DNA from: Nemertoderma westbladi
Lineage: Eukaryota; Animalia; Xenacoelomorpha
DNA length: 64,000 nucleotides
Direction: 5' to 3'
NCBI GenBank assembly: GCA_032718475.1
Contig: JAUCBJ010002506.1
Location: forward strand, 1 to 64,000
The notes beneath the pieces are model-generated. The model saw nothing but the letters and a program-made list of their open reading frames with translations. It ran no database searches and was not told the origin of the DNA. This document shows, one piece after another, positions 21,624 to 33,944 of this stretch. The position numbers and the translations under genes are program-made. Each line of letters begins with the position of its first letter. The first letter of the stretch is position 1.

Positions 21624-21763
21624 TACATCATTGTGTGCAAAGTAGCACTTTGCAGCGTTATGTCCCGAGTTTATTTATGTAACGTGCGAGCGCAGCGAGG
21701 GAGGTCTACATAAATATGCAAGATCTTTAACGCTGAAAAGTGACCTTTGCACACAATTATGTA
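21624..21763. mobile_element. Short MITE-like inverted-repeat element (also at ~34448-34565)
   Basis: TACATCATTGTGTGCAAAG...GCAGCGTTA pairs with TAACGCTG...CTTTGCACACAATTATGTA. Confidence 0.6.
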
Positions 21764-22224
21764 TGTAATTTTGTTAGGCCTACATTATGTCAACTTATCA
21801 GAGCTCGGTATGTGAAGAAAGGATTTTGTGGATGCTCATTTAAATATTTTACTCATGTACTATTTCGAATATAAGTGAAATTTATTAACAGATACACAGT
21901 ATTAATTATACATTTATATCATTATATCTAACTAAAGTTTATTGTTGTTATCTCCTGTATGGATGTGATAAAACTTTGGTCCATCTTGACCTTGGTCGAC
22001 TTAAGCAAACTGAGTCATCATCTGTGTATGTTCAGTTTTACTGAACACTGTCGCCATTTTCTTTGCTCATTTTCTCTAAAGTGTCGTCTATTGGACTTTC
22101 GACATAATGGAATACAGTAGGACTGCATGTTAATGTTAAACAATTATTTACATACAGTAGCTAGTCCTGTAGCCCCGTCACTGCAAACTGGATAATAAAG
22201 CAGTATGCATTAACATAAATTCCT

Positions 22225-22485
22225 TCTTCCCACATTCCCATCAACCCACATTCCCATCCACCCACATTCCCACCCACCCACCTTCCCATCCACCCATCCA
22301 CCTTCCCATCCACCCACCCACCTTCCCATCCACCCACCCACCTTCCCATCCACCCACCCACCTTCCCATCCACCCACCCACCTTCCCATCCACCCATCCA
22401 CCTTCCCATCCACCTTCCCATCCACCCACCCACCTTCCCATCCACCCACCCATCTTCCCATCCACCCACCCACCCACCTTCTCAC
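22225..22485. repeat. C-rich ~20-bp tandem repeat (CCTTCCCATCCACCCACCCA)n
   Basis: Directly visible; G-rich on the minus strand. Confidence 0.9.
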
Positions 22486-23064
22486 TCACCGTCCGACCGA
22501 CTGATCAACAAACCACCCCCCTCAAAAAAGAGGACTACGCGCAGCATGTGAATTCCAAAATACCCCCATGTGAACTGTTTGGGAAGATGGTCGAAAATAC
22601 TAAAGTTGCCTAATGATAGTGAATGGGCCAAATTCCTGTCCGATGTGTTTTTCGCTGGCAAGTTAATGACAAGTTAATTATAAACACTTTCATCTCATCC
22701 CAAACTAGCGTAGTGGATAACATGTTGGGTTATGAATGTAAAGGCCGTTGTTTCGATCGAAAATATGTCGCCCTGCGCTATTTGGTAGTGTGAAATTAAT
22801 TTTATAATAATAAATTAAATTATATACATTGTGTTTATTTAACCAAATGGTAAACAATTCCAAAACCGCGAAATACAATATATCAAGTCACATTGTGTCA
22901 TTGCGTGAATGTAACCAACACATAGAACACATTCGTGGGGCCTTCACGCAGCACCAGACTGCATACGTACACGTACCAAGTTTGGTTTAATTTTATCAAT
23001 GATTGACCGACGTATTAGTGATCGAAAATTTACGAAACGAGAGACAACTCGTTAATGGTAACCC

Positions 23065-23152
23065 TATACTGAGCGCTGTGTACAAGACATCAATCAAGAT
23101 GGATGAAAGACCATTTTCTGAAAATGAACGCTGATAAAACTGAGATCCTTCA
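23065..23152 (+). mobile_element. LINE (L2/CR1-like) reverse transcriptase remnant
   Basis: Translates as ERCVQDI / WMKDHFLKMNADKTEIL, matching the WMxxNxLKLNxxKTE motif. Confidence 0.65.
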
Positions 23153-23237
23153 CACTGCAGTCACGTTCAGGTAAACAGTTAGCGCCCCCAAGCGTACAAA
23201 TCGGTAACGACTTATTAACCTGTAGTGATAAAGCGGG

Positions 23238-26200
23238 TAACATAGGTTTAATAATGGATCCCAATCCCATTTATTCGAAACAAGTATCCGCAACAAATAT
23301 AGGTTTAATAATGGATCCCAATCCCATTTATTCGAAACAAGTATCCTCAACAAATATACGTTTAATAAAGGATCCCAATCTCATTTATTCGAAACAAGTA
23401 TCCTCAACAAATATACGTTTAATAAAGGATCCCAATCTCATTTATTCGAAACAAGTATCCGCAACAAATATAGGTTTAATAATGGATCCCAATCTCATTT
23501 ATTCGAAACAAGTATCCGCAACAAATATAGGTTTAATAATGGATCCCAATCTCATTTATTCGAAACAAGTATCCGCAACAAATATAGGTTTAATAATGGA
23601 TCCCAATCTCATTTATTCGAAACAAGTATCCGCAACAAATATAGGTTTAATAATGGATCCCAATCCCATTTATTCGAAACAAGTATCCGCAACAAATATA
23701 GGTTTAATAATGGATCCCAATCCCATTTATTCGAAACAAGTATCCTCAACAAATATACGTTTAATAAAGGATCCCAATCTCATTTATTCGAAACAAGTAT
23801 CCGCAACAAATATAGGTTTAATAATGGATCCCAATCCCATTTATTCGAAACAAGTATCCGCAACAAATATAGGTTTAATAATGGATCCCAATCTCATTTA
23901 TTCGAAACAAGTATCCGCAACAAATATAGGTTTAATAATGGATCCCAATCTCATTTATTCGAAACAAGTATCCGCAACAAATATAGGTTTAATAATGGAT
24001 CCCAATCTCATTTATTCGAAACAAGTATCCGCAACAAATATAGGTTTAATAATGGATCCCAATCCCATTTATTCGAAACAAGTATCCTCAACAAATATAC
24101 GTTTAATAAAGGATCCCAATCTCATTTATTCGAAACAAGTATCCGCAACAAATATAGGTTTAATAATGGATCCCAATCTCATTTATTCGAAACAAGTATC
24201 CGCAACAAATATAGGTTTAATAATGGATCCCAATCCCATTTATTCGAAACAAGTATCCTCAACAAATATACGTTTAATAAAGGATCCCAATCTCATTTAT
24301 TCGAAACAAGTATCCGCAACAAATATAGGTTTAATAATGGATCCCAATCTCATTTATTCGAAACAAGTATCCGCAACAAATATAGGTTTAATAATGGATC
24401 CCAATCTCATTTATTCGAAACAAGTATCCGCAACAAATATAGGTTTAATAATGGATCCCAATCTCATTTATTCGAAACAAGTATCCGCAACAAATATAAG
24501 TTTAATAATGGATCCCAATCTCATTTATTCGAAACAAGTATCCGCAACAAATATAGGTTTAATAATGGATCCCAATCTCATTTATTCGAAACAAGTATCC
24601 GCAACAAATATAGGTTTAATAATGGATCCCAATCTCATTTATTCGAAACAAGTATCCGCAACAAATATAGGTTTAATAATGGATCCCAATCTCATTTATT
24701 CGAAACAAGTATCCGCAACAAATATAGGTTTAATAATGGATCCCAATCCCATTTATTCGAAACAAGTATCCTCAACAAATATACGTTTAATAAAGGATCC
24801 CAATCTCATTTATTCGAAACAAGTATCCGCAACAAATATAGGTTTAATAATGGATCCCAATCTCATTTATTCGAAACAAGTATCCGCAACAAATATAGGT
24901 TTAATAATGGATCCCAATCCCATTTATTCGAAACAAGTATCCTCAACAAATATACGTTTAATAAAGGATCCCAATCTCATTTATTCGAAACAAGTATCCG
25001 CAACAAATATAGGTTTAATAATGGATCCCAATCTCATTTATTCGAAACAAGTATCCGCAACAAATATAGGTTTAATAATGGATCCCAATCTCATTTATTC
25101 GAAACAAGTATCCGCAACAAATATAGGTTTAATAATGGATCCCAATCTCATTTATTCGAAACAAGTATCCGCAACAAATATAGGTTTAATAATGGATCCC
25201 AATCTCATTTATTCGAAACAAGTATCCGCAACAAATATAGGTTTAATAATGGATCCCAATCTCATTTATTCGAAACAAGTATCCGCAACAAATATAGGTT
25301 TAATAATGGATCCCAATCTCATTTATTCGAAACAAGTATCCGTAACAAATATAGGTTTAATAATGGATCCCAATCTCATTTATTCGAAACAAGTATCCGC
25401 AACAAATATAGGTTTAATAATGGATCCCAATCTCATTTATTCGAAACAAGTATCCGCAACAAATATAGGTTTAATAATGGATCCCAATCTCATTTATTCG
25501 AAACAAGTATCCGCAACAAATATAGGTTTAATAATGGATCCCAATCTCATTTATTCGAAACAAGTATCCGCAACAAATATAGGTTTAATAATGGATCCCA
25601 ATCTCATTTATTCGAAACAAGTATCCGCAACAAATATAGGTTTAATAATGGATCCCAATCCCATTTATTCGAAACAAGTATCCGCAACAAATATAGGTTT
25701 AATAATGGATCCCAATCTCATTTATTCGAAACAAGTATCCGTAACAAATATAGGTTTAATAATGGATCCCAATCTCATTTATTCGAAACAAGTATCCGTA
25801 ACAAATATAGGTTTAATAATGGATCCCCATCTCATTTATTCGAAACAAGTATCCGCAACAAATATAGGTTTAATAATGGATCCCAATCTCATTTATTCGA
25901 AACAAGTATCCGTAACAAATATAGGTTTAATAATGGATCCCCATCTCATTTATTCGAAACAAGTATCCGCAACAAATATAGGTTTAATAATGGATCCCAA
26001 TCTCATTTATTCGAAACAAGTATCCGTAACAAATATAGGTTTAATAATGGATCCCAATCTCATTTATTCGAAACAAGTATCCGCAACAAATATAGGTTTA
26101 ATAATGGATCCCAATCTCATTTATTCGAAACAAGTATCCGTAACAAATATAGGTTTAATAATGGATCCCAATCTCATTTATTCGAAACAAGTATCCGCAA

Positions 26201-27573
26201 CAAATATACGTTTAATAATGGATCCCAATCTCATTTATTCGAAACAAGTATCCGCAACAAATATAGGATTAATAATGGATCCCAATCTCATTTATTCGAA
26301 ACAAGTATCCGTAACAAATATAGGTTTAATAATGGATCCCAATCTCATTTATTCGAAACAAGTATCCGCAACAAATATAGGTTTAATAATGGATCCCAAT
26401 CTCATTTATTCGAAACAAGTATCCGTAACAAATATAGGTTTAATAATGGATCCCAATCTCATTTATTCGAAACAAGTATCCGCAACAAATATAGGATTAA
26501 TAATGGATCCCAATCTCATTTATTCGAAACAAGTATCCGCAACAAATATAGGTTTAATAATGGATCCCAATCTCATTTATTCGAAACAAGTATCCGTAAC
26601 AAATATAGGTTTAATAATGGATCCCAATCTCATTTATTCGAAACAAGTATCCGTAACAAATATAGGTTTAATAATGGATCCCAATCTCATTTATTCGAAA
26701 CAAGTATCCGTAACAAATATAGGTTTAATAATAGATCCCAATCTCATTTATTCGAAACAAGTATCCGTAACAAATATAGGTTTAATAATGTATCCCAATC
26801 TCATTTATTCGAAACAAGTATCCGCAACAAATATAGGTTTAATAATGGATCCCAATCTCATTTATTCGAAACAAGTATCCGTAACAAATATAGGTTTAAT
26901 AATGGATCCCAATCTCATTTATTCGAAACAAGTATCCGCAACAAATATAGGTTTAATAATGGATCCCAATCTCATTTATTCGAAACAAGTATCCGTAACA
27001 AATATAGGTTTAATAATAGATCCCAATCTCATTTATTCGAAACAAGTATCCGTAACAAATATAGGTTTAATAATGTATCCCAATCTCATTTATTCGAAAC
27101 AAGTATCCGCAACAAATATAGGTTTAATAATGGATCCCAATCTCATTTATTCGAAACAAGTATCCGTAACAAATATAGGTTTAATAATGGATCCCAATCT
27201 CATTTATTCGAAACAAGTATCCGTAACAAATATAGGTTTAATAATGGATCCCAATCTCATTTATTCGAAACAAGTATCCGTAACAAATATAGGTTTAATA
27301 ATGGATCCCAATCTCATTTATTCGAAACAAGTATCCGTAACAAATATAGGTTTAATAATAGATCCCAATCTCATTTATTCGAAACAAGTATCCGTAACAA
27401 ATATAGGTTTAATAATGTATCCCAATCTCATTTATTCGAAACAAGTATCCGCAACAAATATAGGTTTAATAATGGATCCCAATCTCATTTATTCGAAACA
27501 AGTATCCGTAACAAATATAGGTTTAATAAAGGATCCCAATCTCATTTATTCAAAACAAGTATCCGCAACAAAT
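23238..27573. repeat. 57-bp minisatellite (~76 units), open in one frame
   Basis: Unit ATGGATCCCAATCTCATTTATTCGAAACAAGTATCCGCAACAAATATAGGTTTAATA; no indels seen. Confidence 0.98.
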
Positions 27574-27596
27574 GTCACATCACCAGTGGTCCATTT

Positions 27597-28265
27597 ATGA
27601 TTGATAACGATATCAACAAAATGGGTTACCGGTACCGGTACTGCGACCGTTTATTAGTTGTTTTACTCTGTCTCTCCTTGTTGGTTCTATGCGATGCCGC
27701 TTCGACAAAATCATACTACGACATTTTGGGAGTCAAAAAAACAGCCACTGAAAAGGAAATAAAACGCGCCTATCATTAACTCGCGGCCAAATGGCACCCG
27801 GATAAGAACCCAGACAACAAAGAGGCGGCCGAGGCCAAATTTATCGAACTGTCCAAGGCGCAGGAGGTGCTGACAGATAAAGAGAAACGCAGATTATACG
27901 ACCAGCATGGAGAAAAGGCCTTCGAGTAGGGAGGCCCTGGGAACGCCGGGTTCCGTGGCAGCGGGTTCTCCGGGTTCGATTTCGACGACATGTTCGAGGG
28001 TTTCTCCTTCGGGTTCGGTGGATCTCCACATCGGAGGGGCGGCGCTCGCGCTGGTGGATTCAAACACTTCGGTGGGGATTCCATGTTCGGGGATTCCATG
28101 TTCGGGGATTCTATGTTTGGGGATTCTATGTTTGGGGATAGCTTCCACACGACCCGGACACATAGACGACAAGCCTCCTCCACTCACTCTTGGACGTCCC
28201 AGTCTTGTAAAACTGTTAGCAAACGGTCGGGGAACACTGTAACCACCTATACTACCTGTACATAA
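27597..28265 (+). pseudogene. DNAJB9: Intronless DNAJB9/ERdj4-like ER co-chaperone with two nonsense codons
   Basis: Signal peptide; J-domain YYDILGV...[14 protein letters not shown] (TAA 27777-27779); TAG 27927-27929; G/F region with GDSMF x4; C-terminal CKTVSKRSGNTVTTYTTC. Likely start is the ATG at 27621. Confidence 0.88.
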
Positions 28266-30987
28266 TGTCAACGTAATGCAAAAGTGTAATAATCGAATGG
28301 TTTATGAAAAGTATGTAGTAATTAATTATCCATGTTTGTATGGGTCGAAGTATTTTGGGTGAAACAACCATAATTTTAATAATATATATATATAATTATA
28401 TATATAATAAATAATTTATAAATAAATAATAATATAATAATATATATATAATATAATTTTAATAATAATAATTAGAAAAGTTTTATTTCCTCCTGTACTA
28501 ATTTGGATCGGTCGTGGAATAAACCACTCGGATCAACAATACTGTAAAGTAAAGTGCTACTTTATGCCGCACACATGTAAATAATTACTACGATATTTAA
28601 TATATATAAAATTATAAATAAGGGAAATTATGAATTTTTGATAGTTTTACCTCAACTCCCGTTACTCTTGATTTAGACTAGAGACGTCTCTCCTTCTCCG
28701 TCCAGTTTTTTAACAAATTCTATGGTACAGGCCTCCCGGAGTTTCCTTTTTTTCATTTTTTTAGAATGTCAATTTTCACACATTTTTTTTTTATTTCTTT
28801 TTTTTTGGTTCAGAAGATCAACTCAGGTTGTTGTTCATATTGACAAGGTTAATACAGACATTGACGGGCATATACTGATTTTTTTTTTGATTATGTTTAT
28901 TTTGACAAAAATCACAAGCTATGCTATCATGAAAATGTGGCAGTGGAGGGAACTTTACTATATATTTATTTTCTGAGAGGGGGGGGGGGGGGGGGGGTGA
29001 TATATTATAATTGACACAAAACCCGCCTTGGTGAATAAACATTGTTGATTTTCAATTTAGGGAAAGGAACAGGTTGCAGTTGCAGTCTGTTCTAACCAAA
29101 ACAATAAAAGAAAGCCTATAACACTGTTACAGTTTCATTTTTGCTCGTAATCAGCTTTTATTTGCATCCGTTTTCCCTGGAGATGGTTGAATTTTAATTG
29201 CGTCTAAAAGCATTTTTGTTATGTATATAAATGTAGCCACGACTGGAAATCCGTACCAAAGGTTTTATATCACTTCCAAACTAAAGTACCATTTACAAGT
29301 GTTTGATAAACCATACACCTCTATCAATGCCCGAGCTCAACCACCTCTGACAACTTGGCAAAATGGTGAAAATTTCGTAATATTTTTAAACGTAATTGTT
29401 CTTATTTCATTGATATGTTGATTTATAATAATTATTATAAATCGTTGTTCTATTTCTGTGTTTCTACTTTTTAACTTACTTAAACTTTTATCTCTTCCTG
29501 TCATTTAATACAGTGACGTTTCTTAATAGGCATATCTATATAAGGTTAATGAAATATAATGTTTACTATCCTTTTTTTAAATATAATATCAATTCAGTTT
29601 TTCCCTTTTTTGAACCGTATCCGATCCTTTTCGTCCTTTTTTTTGAACTGCATCCTATCCTTTTTTTCCTTTTTTTTTGAAAATATAAATTAATTTTTTC
29701 CTTTTTTCATCGATATTTTTGGCTGGGAGGGCTGATGGTATGTTGTATTTTGCTAAGGATGTAGTCCAGCTGCGTTTTTGGTTCCGTTGGGATACTGGGA
29801 GGTCCACTGTTTCCCATTGCTTTGTCCCGTCTTTGAGTTTTGTTTCCGGAACACTAAACTCGATGGCAATTGTTCGTTTCGCGACTTTAAAATTCTCTTT
29901 GATGAAACCAATTATTATAGCCCCCAGATTTTTTAGATGTGTCATTTGCGGCCTCTTTTCGGCATTCTATGAACCGGTAGAAGACAATATTAGCTAATTT
30001 CTGAACATTTTTGCTACCGCTAATAAAAAATCAAAATATATTTTTTAAATTAGCTATATGTTCTAGAACATTATATTTTTTATTTTATTTATGTTCTAGA
30101 ATAGTATATATATTAATTTTCTAGTGTTCTAGAACTTTTCAACGTTACCATTGTAACAATGATGTGTGCATATGTAGTGCATTTGGAAATCTAGCCTAGA
30201 AAATGTAGAAAAACTAGCTTGTATAAAAAATAAAATGTTCTAATGTTCTAGAACACAATATTTTTTTTGAAAAATGTAATGAAGTCAGTAGTGATATTAC
30301 TATGCAAAAAGTACATCGTTTCATTAATTAATATCAAAATATCAAATGCGACTGCATACGGAACTCTAGCCATAATATCATCACTATTGGTCATTAATAT
30401 ATTCTGCATTCTACATTATTTTATAATTACAAAAAAATACTAGCTAGTAAAAAAACACTAGCTACCGTAAAAAAACATACCTACTAATGTTCTAGAACAC
30501 AAAAAAATTTCAATATTTTTAGAAATTTCAAAAAAAAAATGTAATATATAATAAACAATGTTTTGAAAAATTACCATCTAGTCGATTAGCGAATCGCCCC
30601 TGGTAACTTATCGGCACTGTGACAAATATGAATTTAGAATGGGAGAAACGTTGGCATTGGTATTTGTATTGTTGTTTATTATAGTTTCATAATACAGTGG
30701 TTTTGCAGTTAAATTACGAGACACATACATTGAATTACCTAAGTACAAATGTTATAAATAAAAACAATAAGTTATTTGAAATAAGAACTGTATAAATTAC
30801 TATTTAATATTTTAACGCCACATACTGTTATGTACACAGTTTTAGTGGGAGACTATTTTAAAATCATTAATAATTAAACTGCATGTATACTGGCATCGGT
30901 AAAATTAGAATAATAAGTACAAAGTATAAAATACGTTAAAATAAATCGAGTTGATTAAAATAGTAACATTTAGGCTCAGTAAACTAG

Positions 30988-31205
30988 TGAATGCCTGTAC
31001 GTCATCAAGGGTGATCTTCCACAGTAAACCCGCCCACACTGTTTCCTAAAGGAATGCCTATTCACCACCATGGGTAATCTTCCACAGTAAACCCTTCCAC
31101 TCTGTTTCCTAAAGGAATGCATATTCACCACCATGGGTGTTCTTCCACAGTAAACCCTTCCACTCTGTTTCCCAAAGGAATGCCTGTTCACCACCATGGG
31201 TGATG
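30988..31205. repeat. 63-bp tandem repeat (~3.5 units)
   Basis: CTTCCACAGTAAACCC recurs at 31016, 31079 and 31142. Confidence 0.9.
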
Positions 31206-32136
31206 TTTTAACTAAAAAAAGCTTTAAAAAAAGCTCAAAAAAAGCTGCACGGAAACGGGCCTTTACTGAAACTATTTCAGTATAAATATAAATGTAAACT
31301 ATAGGCCTAACTTAACTACCCTACAGTAAAATATGTGACTTAGAGGAAGTATGAGAAAGTTGGGGAAAAGTATCCTGAAGGCCCGTTTCCGCGCTGCTTT
31401 TTTGTGTGCGGTATTTTTAGCTTTTTTGAGCTTTTGTTGAGCTTTTTTTCTAGCTTTTTTTCAAGCTTTTTTTCTAGCTTTTATTCAAGATGGTTTTGCC
31501 TTTTCTAACTTTCAGTTAAAATTGAGATATAATATGAATGTTATAGAATTACCCTACAGTAAAATATGTGACTTAGAGGAAGTATGAGAAAGTTGGTGAA
31601 AGTATCCTGTATATAATGACAGCCCAGGGGCGATAAAGGACCTGGGGTGGTAAAGACTCGGGGGCGATAAAGACCCAGTGGCGATAAGTTCCTCAAAACT
31701 CAGAACTGGGGGGCGATAAAGTTCCCAACAAAAATGCAATTTTAGGGGCGATAAAGTTCCAGGGGCGATAATGTCCTGCTTCGCTGGAATATAGTGTCTT
31801 TATTCAGGTACATGCCCCACCCCCCCCCCCCCCCCCTAATTTTTACAAATCGTAATGGAATTGCATGAAACTTGAAACAGAGATAGTTTAACCTCCCTCC
31901 TCCTTGCTGGGTGAGCCAGAATTTTTATTTTCGCTTTCATTCTTTAGCTACAAGTGTTTGAAAAAGGTGTCTCCGTCGATAATGAACCGGTTACACCGTA
32001 GTATATTATTCCACCTTATAGTGATTTGTTGGTACTATTGGAAAGCTGGTCGTGCAAGGATTCCAAATATGTAACATAATCTAAATTTCGTCTTAAAATA
32101 GCTGAGATATCAGCGTTTAAATCTTGTATGGAATAG

Positions 32137-32435
32137 GTTTGTGGTTTGGTGATAGAAGATACACTGTGAGATTGCCCTGAATACGTTTGTGGTTTGGTGA
32201 TATAAGATACACAGTGAGATTGCCCTGAATACGTTTGTGGTTTGGTGATAGAAGATACACAGTGAGATTGGCCTGAATAAGTTTGTGGTTTGGTGATAGA
32301 AGATACACAGTGAGATTGCCCTGAATAAGTTTGTGGTTTGGTGATAGAAGATACACAGTGAGATTGCCCTGAATACGTTTGTGGTTTGGTGATAGAAGAT
32401 ACACAGTGAGATTGCCCTGAATACGTTTGTGGTTT
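32137..32435. repeat. 48-bp minisatellite (~6 units), Polinton-free paralogous site
   Basis: Same unit as 19173-19355 with the same downstream flank. Confidence 0.95.
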
Positions 32436-32698
32436 GTTGTTTAATTCATTACTGGATTCTAAACTTATAATAATATAACGAAAGCGGTAAAACCCATTAC
32501 TTTAGAAGATACAATAGAATACAATGTCTTCTATAGATAAATAATTATTATAGTAGAATAAAACCGCAATCCTATATTTTTTTTATTTTTATTTTTAAAG
32601 TTTATCTTCAGTGGGAAGCCCAACACAACACACAGTTATCGTATACGTTCCTGCGCTCCTGGGTGAATCCATTTGTGGATGTTAAACGTTATTCATCC

Positions 32699-33944
32699 CT
32701 AATCCATTCCTACTGAGCTGTCGCATACATCGGGCTGCTCTGCAGAATGAATCATCTTTTCGTGTCTCTTTAAGGTTATACTTGTTTTGAATCGCTTCTT
32801 GCAAGTATCAATATTACATACAAAGTTCAGCTCTGTTGAATGTGTCTCTTTGTGACGTGTCAGAAGTGACATTCTATAGAATCCTTTCTCGCAAATATCA
32901 CATACAAGCTTCGGTTCAGAATGCTTCCGTTTGTGATGCGTATAAGGAGCTACTTGTTTTGGCTTTCTTCCCGCAAGTTTCACATACAAACTTCGGTTCA
33001 TCTGCGTGTGTCGGTTTGTGTTCGCATAAAGAGCTTCTTGTTTTGAATCGCTTCTGGCAAGTATCAATATTACATGCAAACGCCTTCTCATCCGAATGCG
33101 TCAGTTCGTGTTGGGTTAGAACTTCCTTTGTTTTAAATGGTTTACTGCAAATTTTACATACAAACGCCCTCACGTCGGTGTGTATCCTCTTGTGTCGAAT
33201 CAGATATGGTATTGTAGAGAATCGCTTCCCGCAAGTTTCACATACAAATTTCAGCTCAGATGAATGTGTCTTTTTGTGTCGTGTTAGACAGTACATTCTA
33301 TAGAATCCTTTCTCGCAAATATCACATACAAACTTCGGTTTCGAATGCTTCTGTTTGTGTTCGTATAAGGACATACTGCTTTTGAATCGCTTCTCACAAG
33401 TTTCACATACAAACTTCAGCTCATCTGCGTGTTTCTGTTTGTGATAGTGTAAGCCGCTTTTAGATTTGTATCGCTTCTGACAAGTATCAATATGACATAC
33501 AAACCGCCCCTCATCCGAATGTGTCTTCTTGTGTTGTGTTAGGTCTCCCTTTCCTATGAATAGCCGGCTTCCCGAATGTGTTAACCCACTACCGGTGGTA
33601 TCCATACTTGTACCACTTACTGTTCCACTATTAACGGTATCCATAATGGTAGCATTTGCTGATCTACTGTCATCAATTATTAATCTACTACAACCCATGC
33701 CGACAACACTTGGAAATAGTCCCGTTGAAACGCAGGGGTTTTCCACATTTTGTTGTTGTGAGCCAATACTAATTGGTTGCAAATTGGAATTAATTGTTAC
33801 TGGTATTAAAGGAGGCAAATGACCATTGCCAGTTTCTGACCCACTAACGCTATCTAGATTATGAGAATATTCCAATGTACTAAAATCAAAATCAATACCA
33901 CTATGTAAGATTTTGTATATATGTTCTATATCCTTATCTTCCAT
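32699..33944 (-). pseudogene. C2H2 zinc-finger paralogue (~9 fingers) with a frameshift near 32940
   Basis: N-terminus nearly identical to 19611-21122. ORF 32916-33944 leaves frame at SSLY|ASQ; the remaining fingers and shared C-terminus continue in ORF 32699-33091. Confidence 0.85.

Larger units (their letters stand above)
19173..22215. repeat. Segmental duplication, copy A (paralogous to ~32137-34992)
   Basis: Collinear similarity across the minisatellite, 3' flank, ZF CDS and ~1 kb of upstream DNA. Confidence 0.92.

Noticed and set aside
22161-22489. Gly/Trp-rich ORFs
   Set aside because: Low-complexity repeat open in all three frames.
23238-27573. CRISPR-like array
   Set aside because: Head-to-tail units with no unique spacers, no cas genes and a eukaryotic context; the same applies to the 32-, 48- and 63-bp arrays.
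8096-28265. Alternative genetic code (TAA/TAG = Gln), suggested by many in-frame stops
   Set aside because: The expected residues at the stops differ (W, Q, K, E/Q), and intact genes in the window end in TAA/TAG. Ordinary pseudogenisation explains it.
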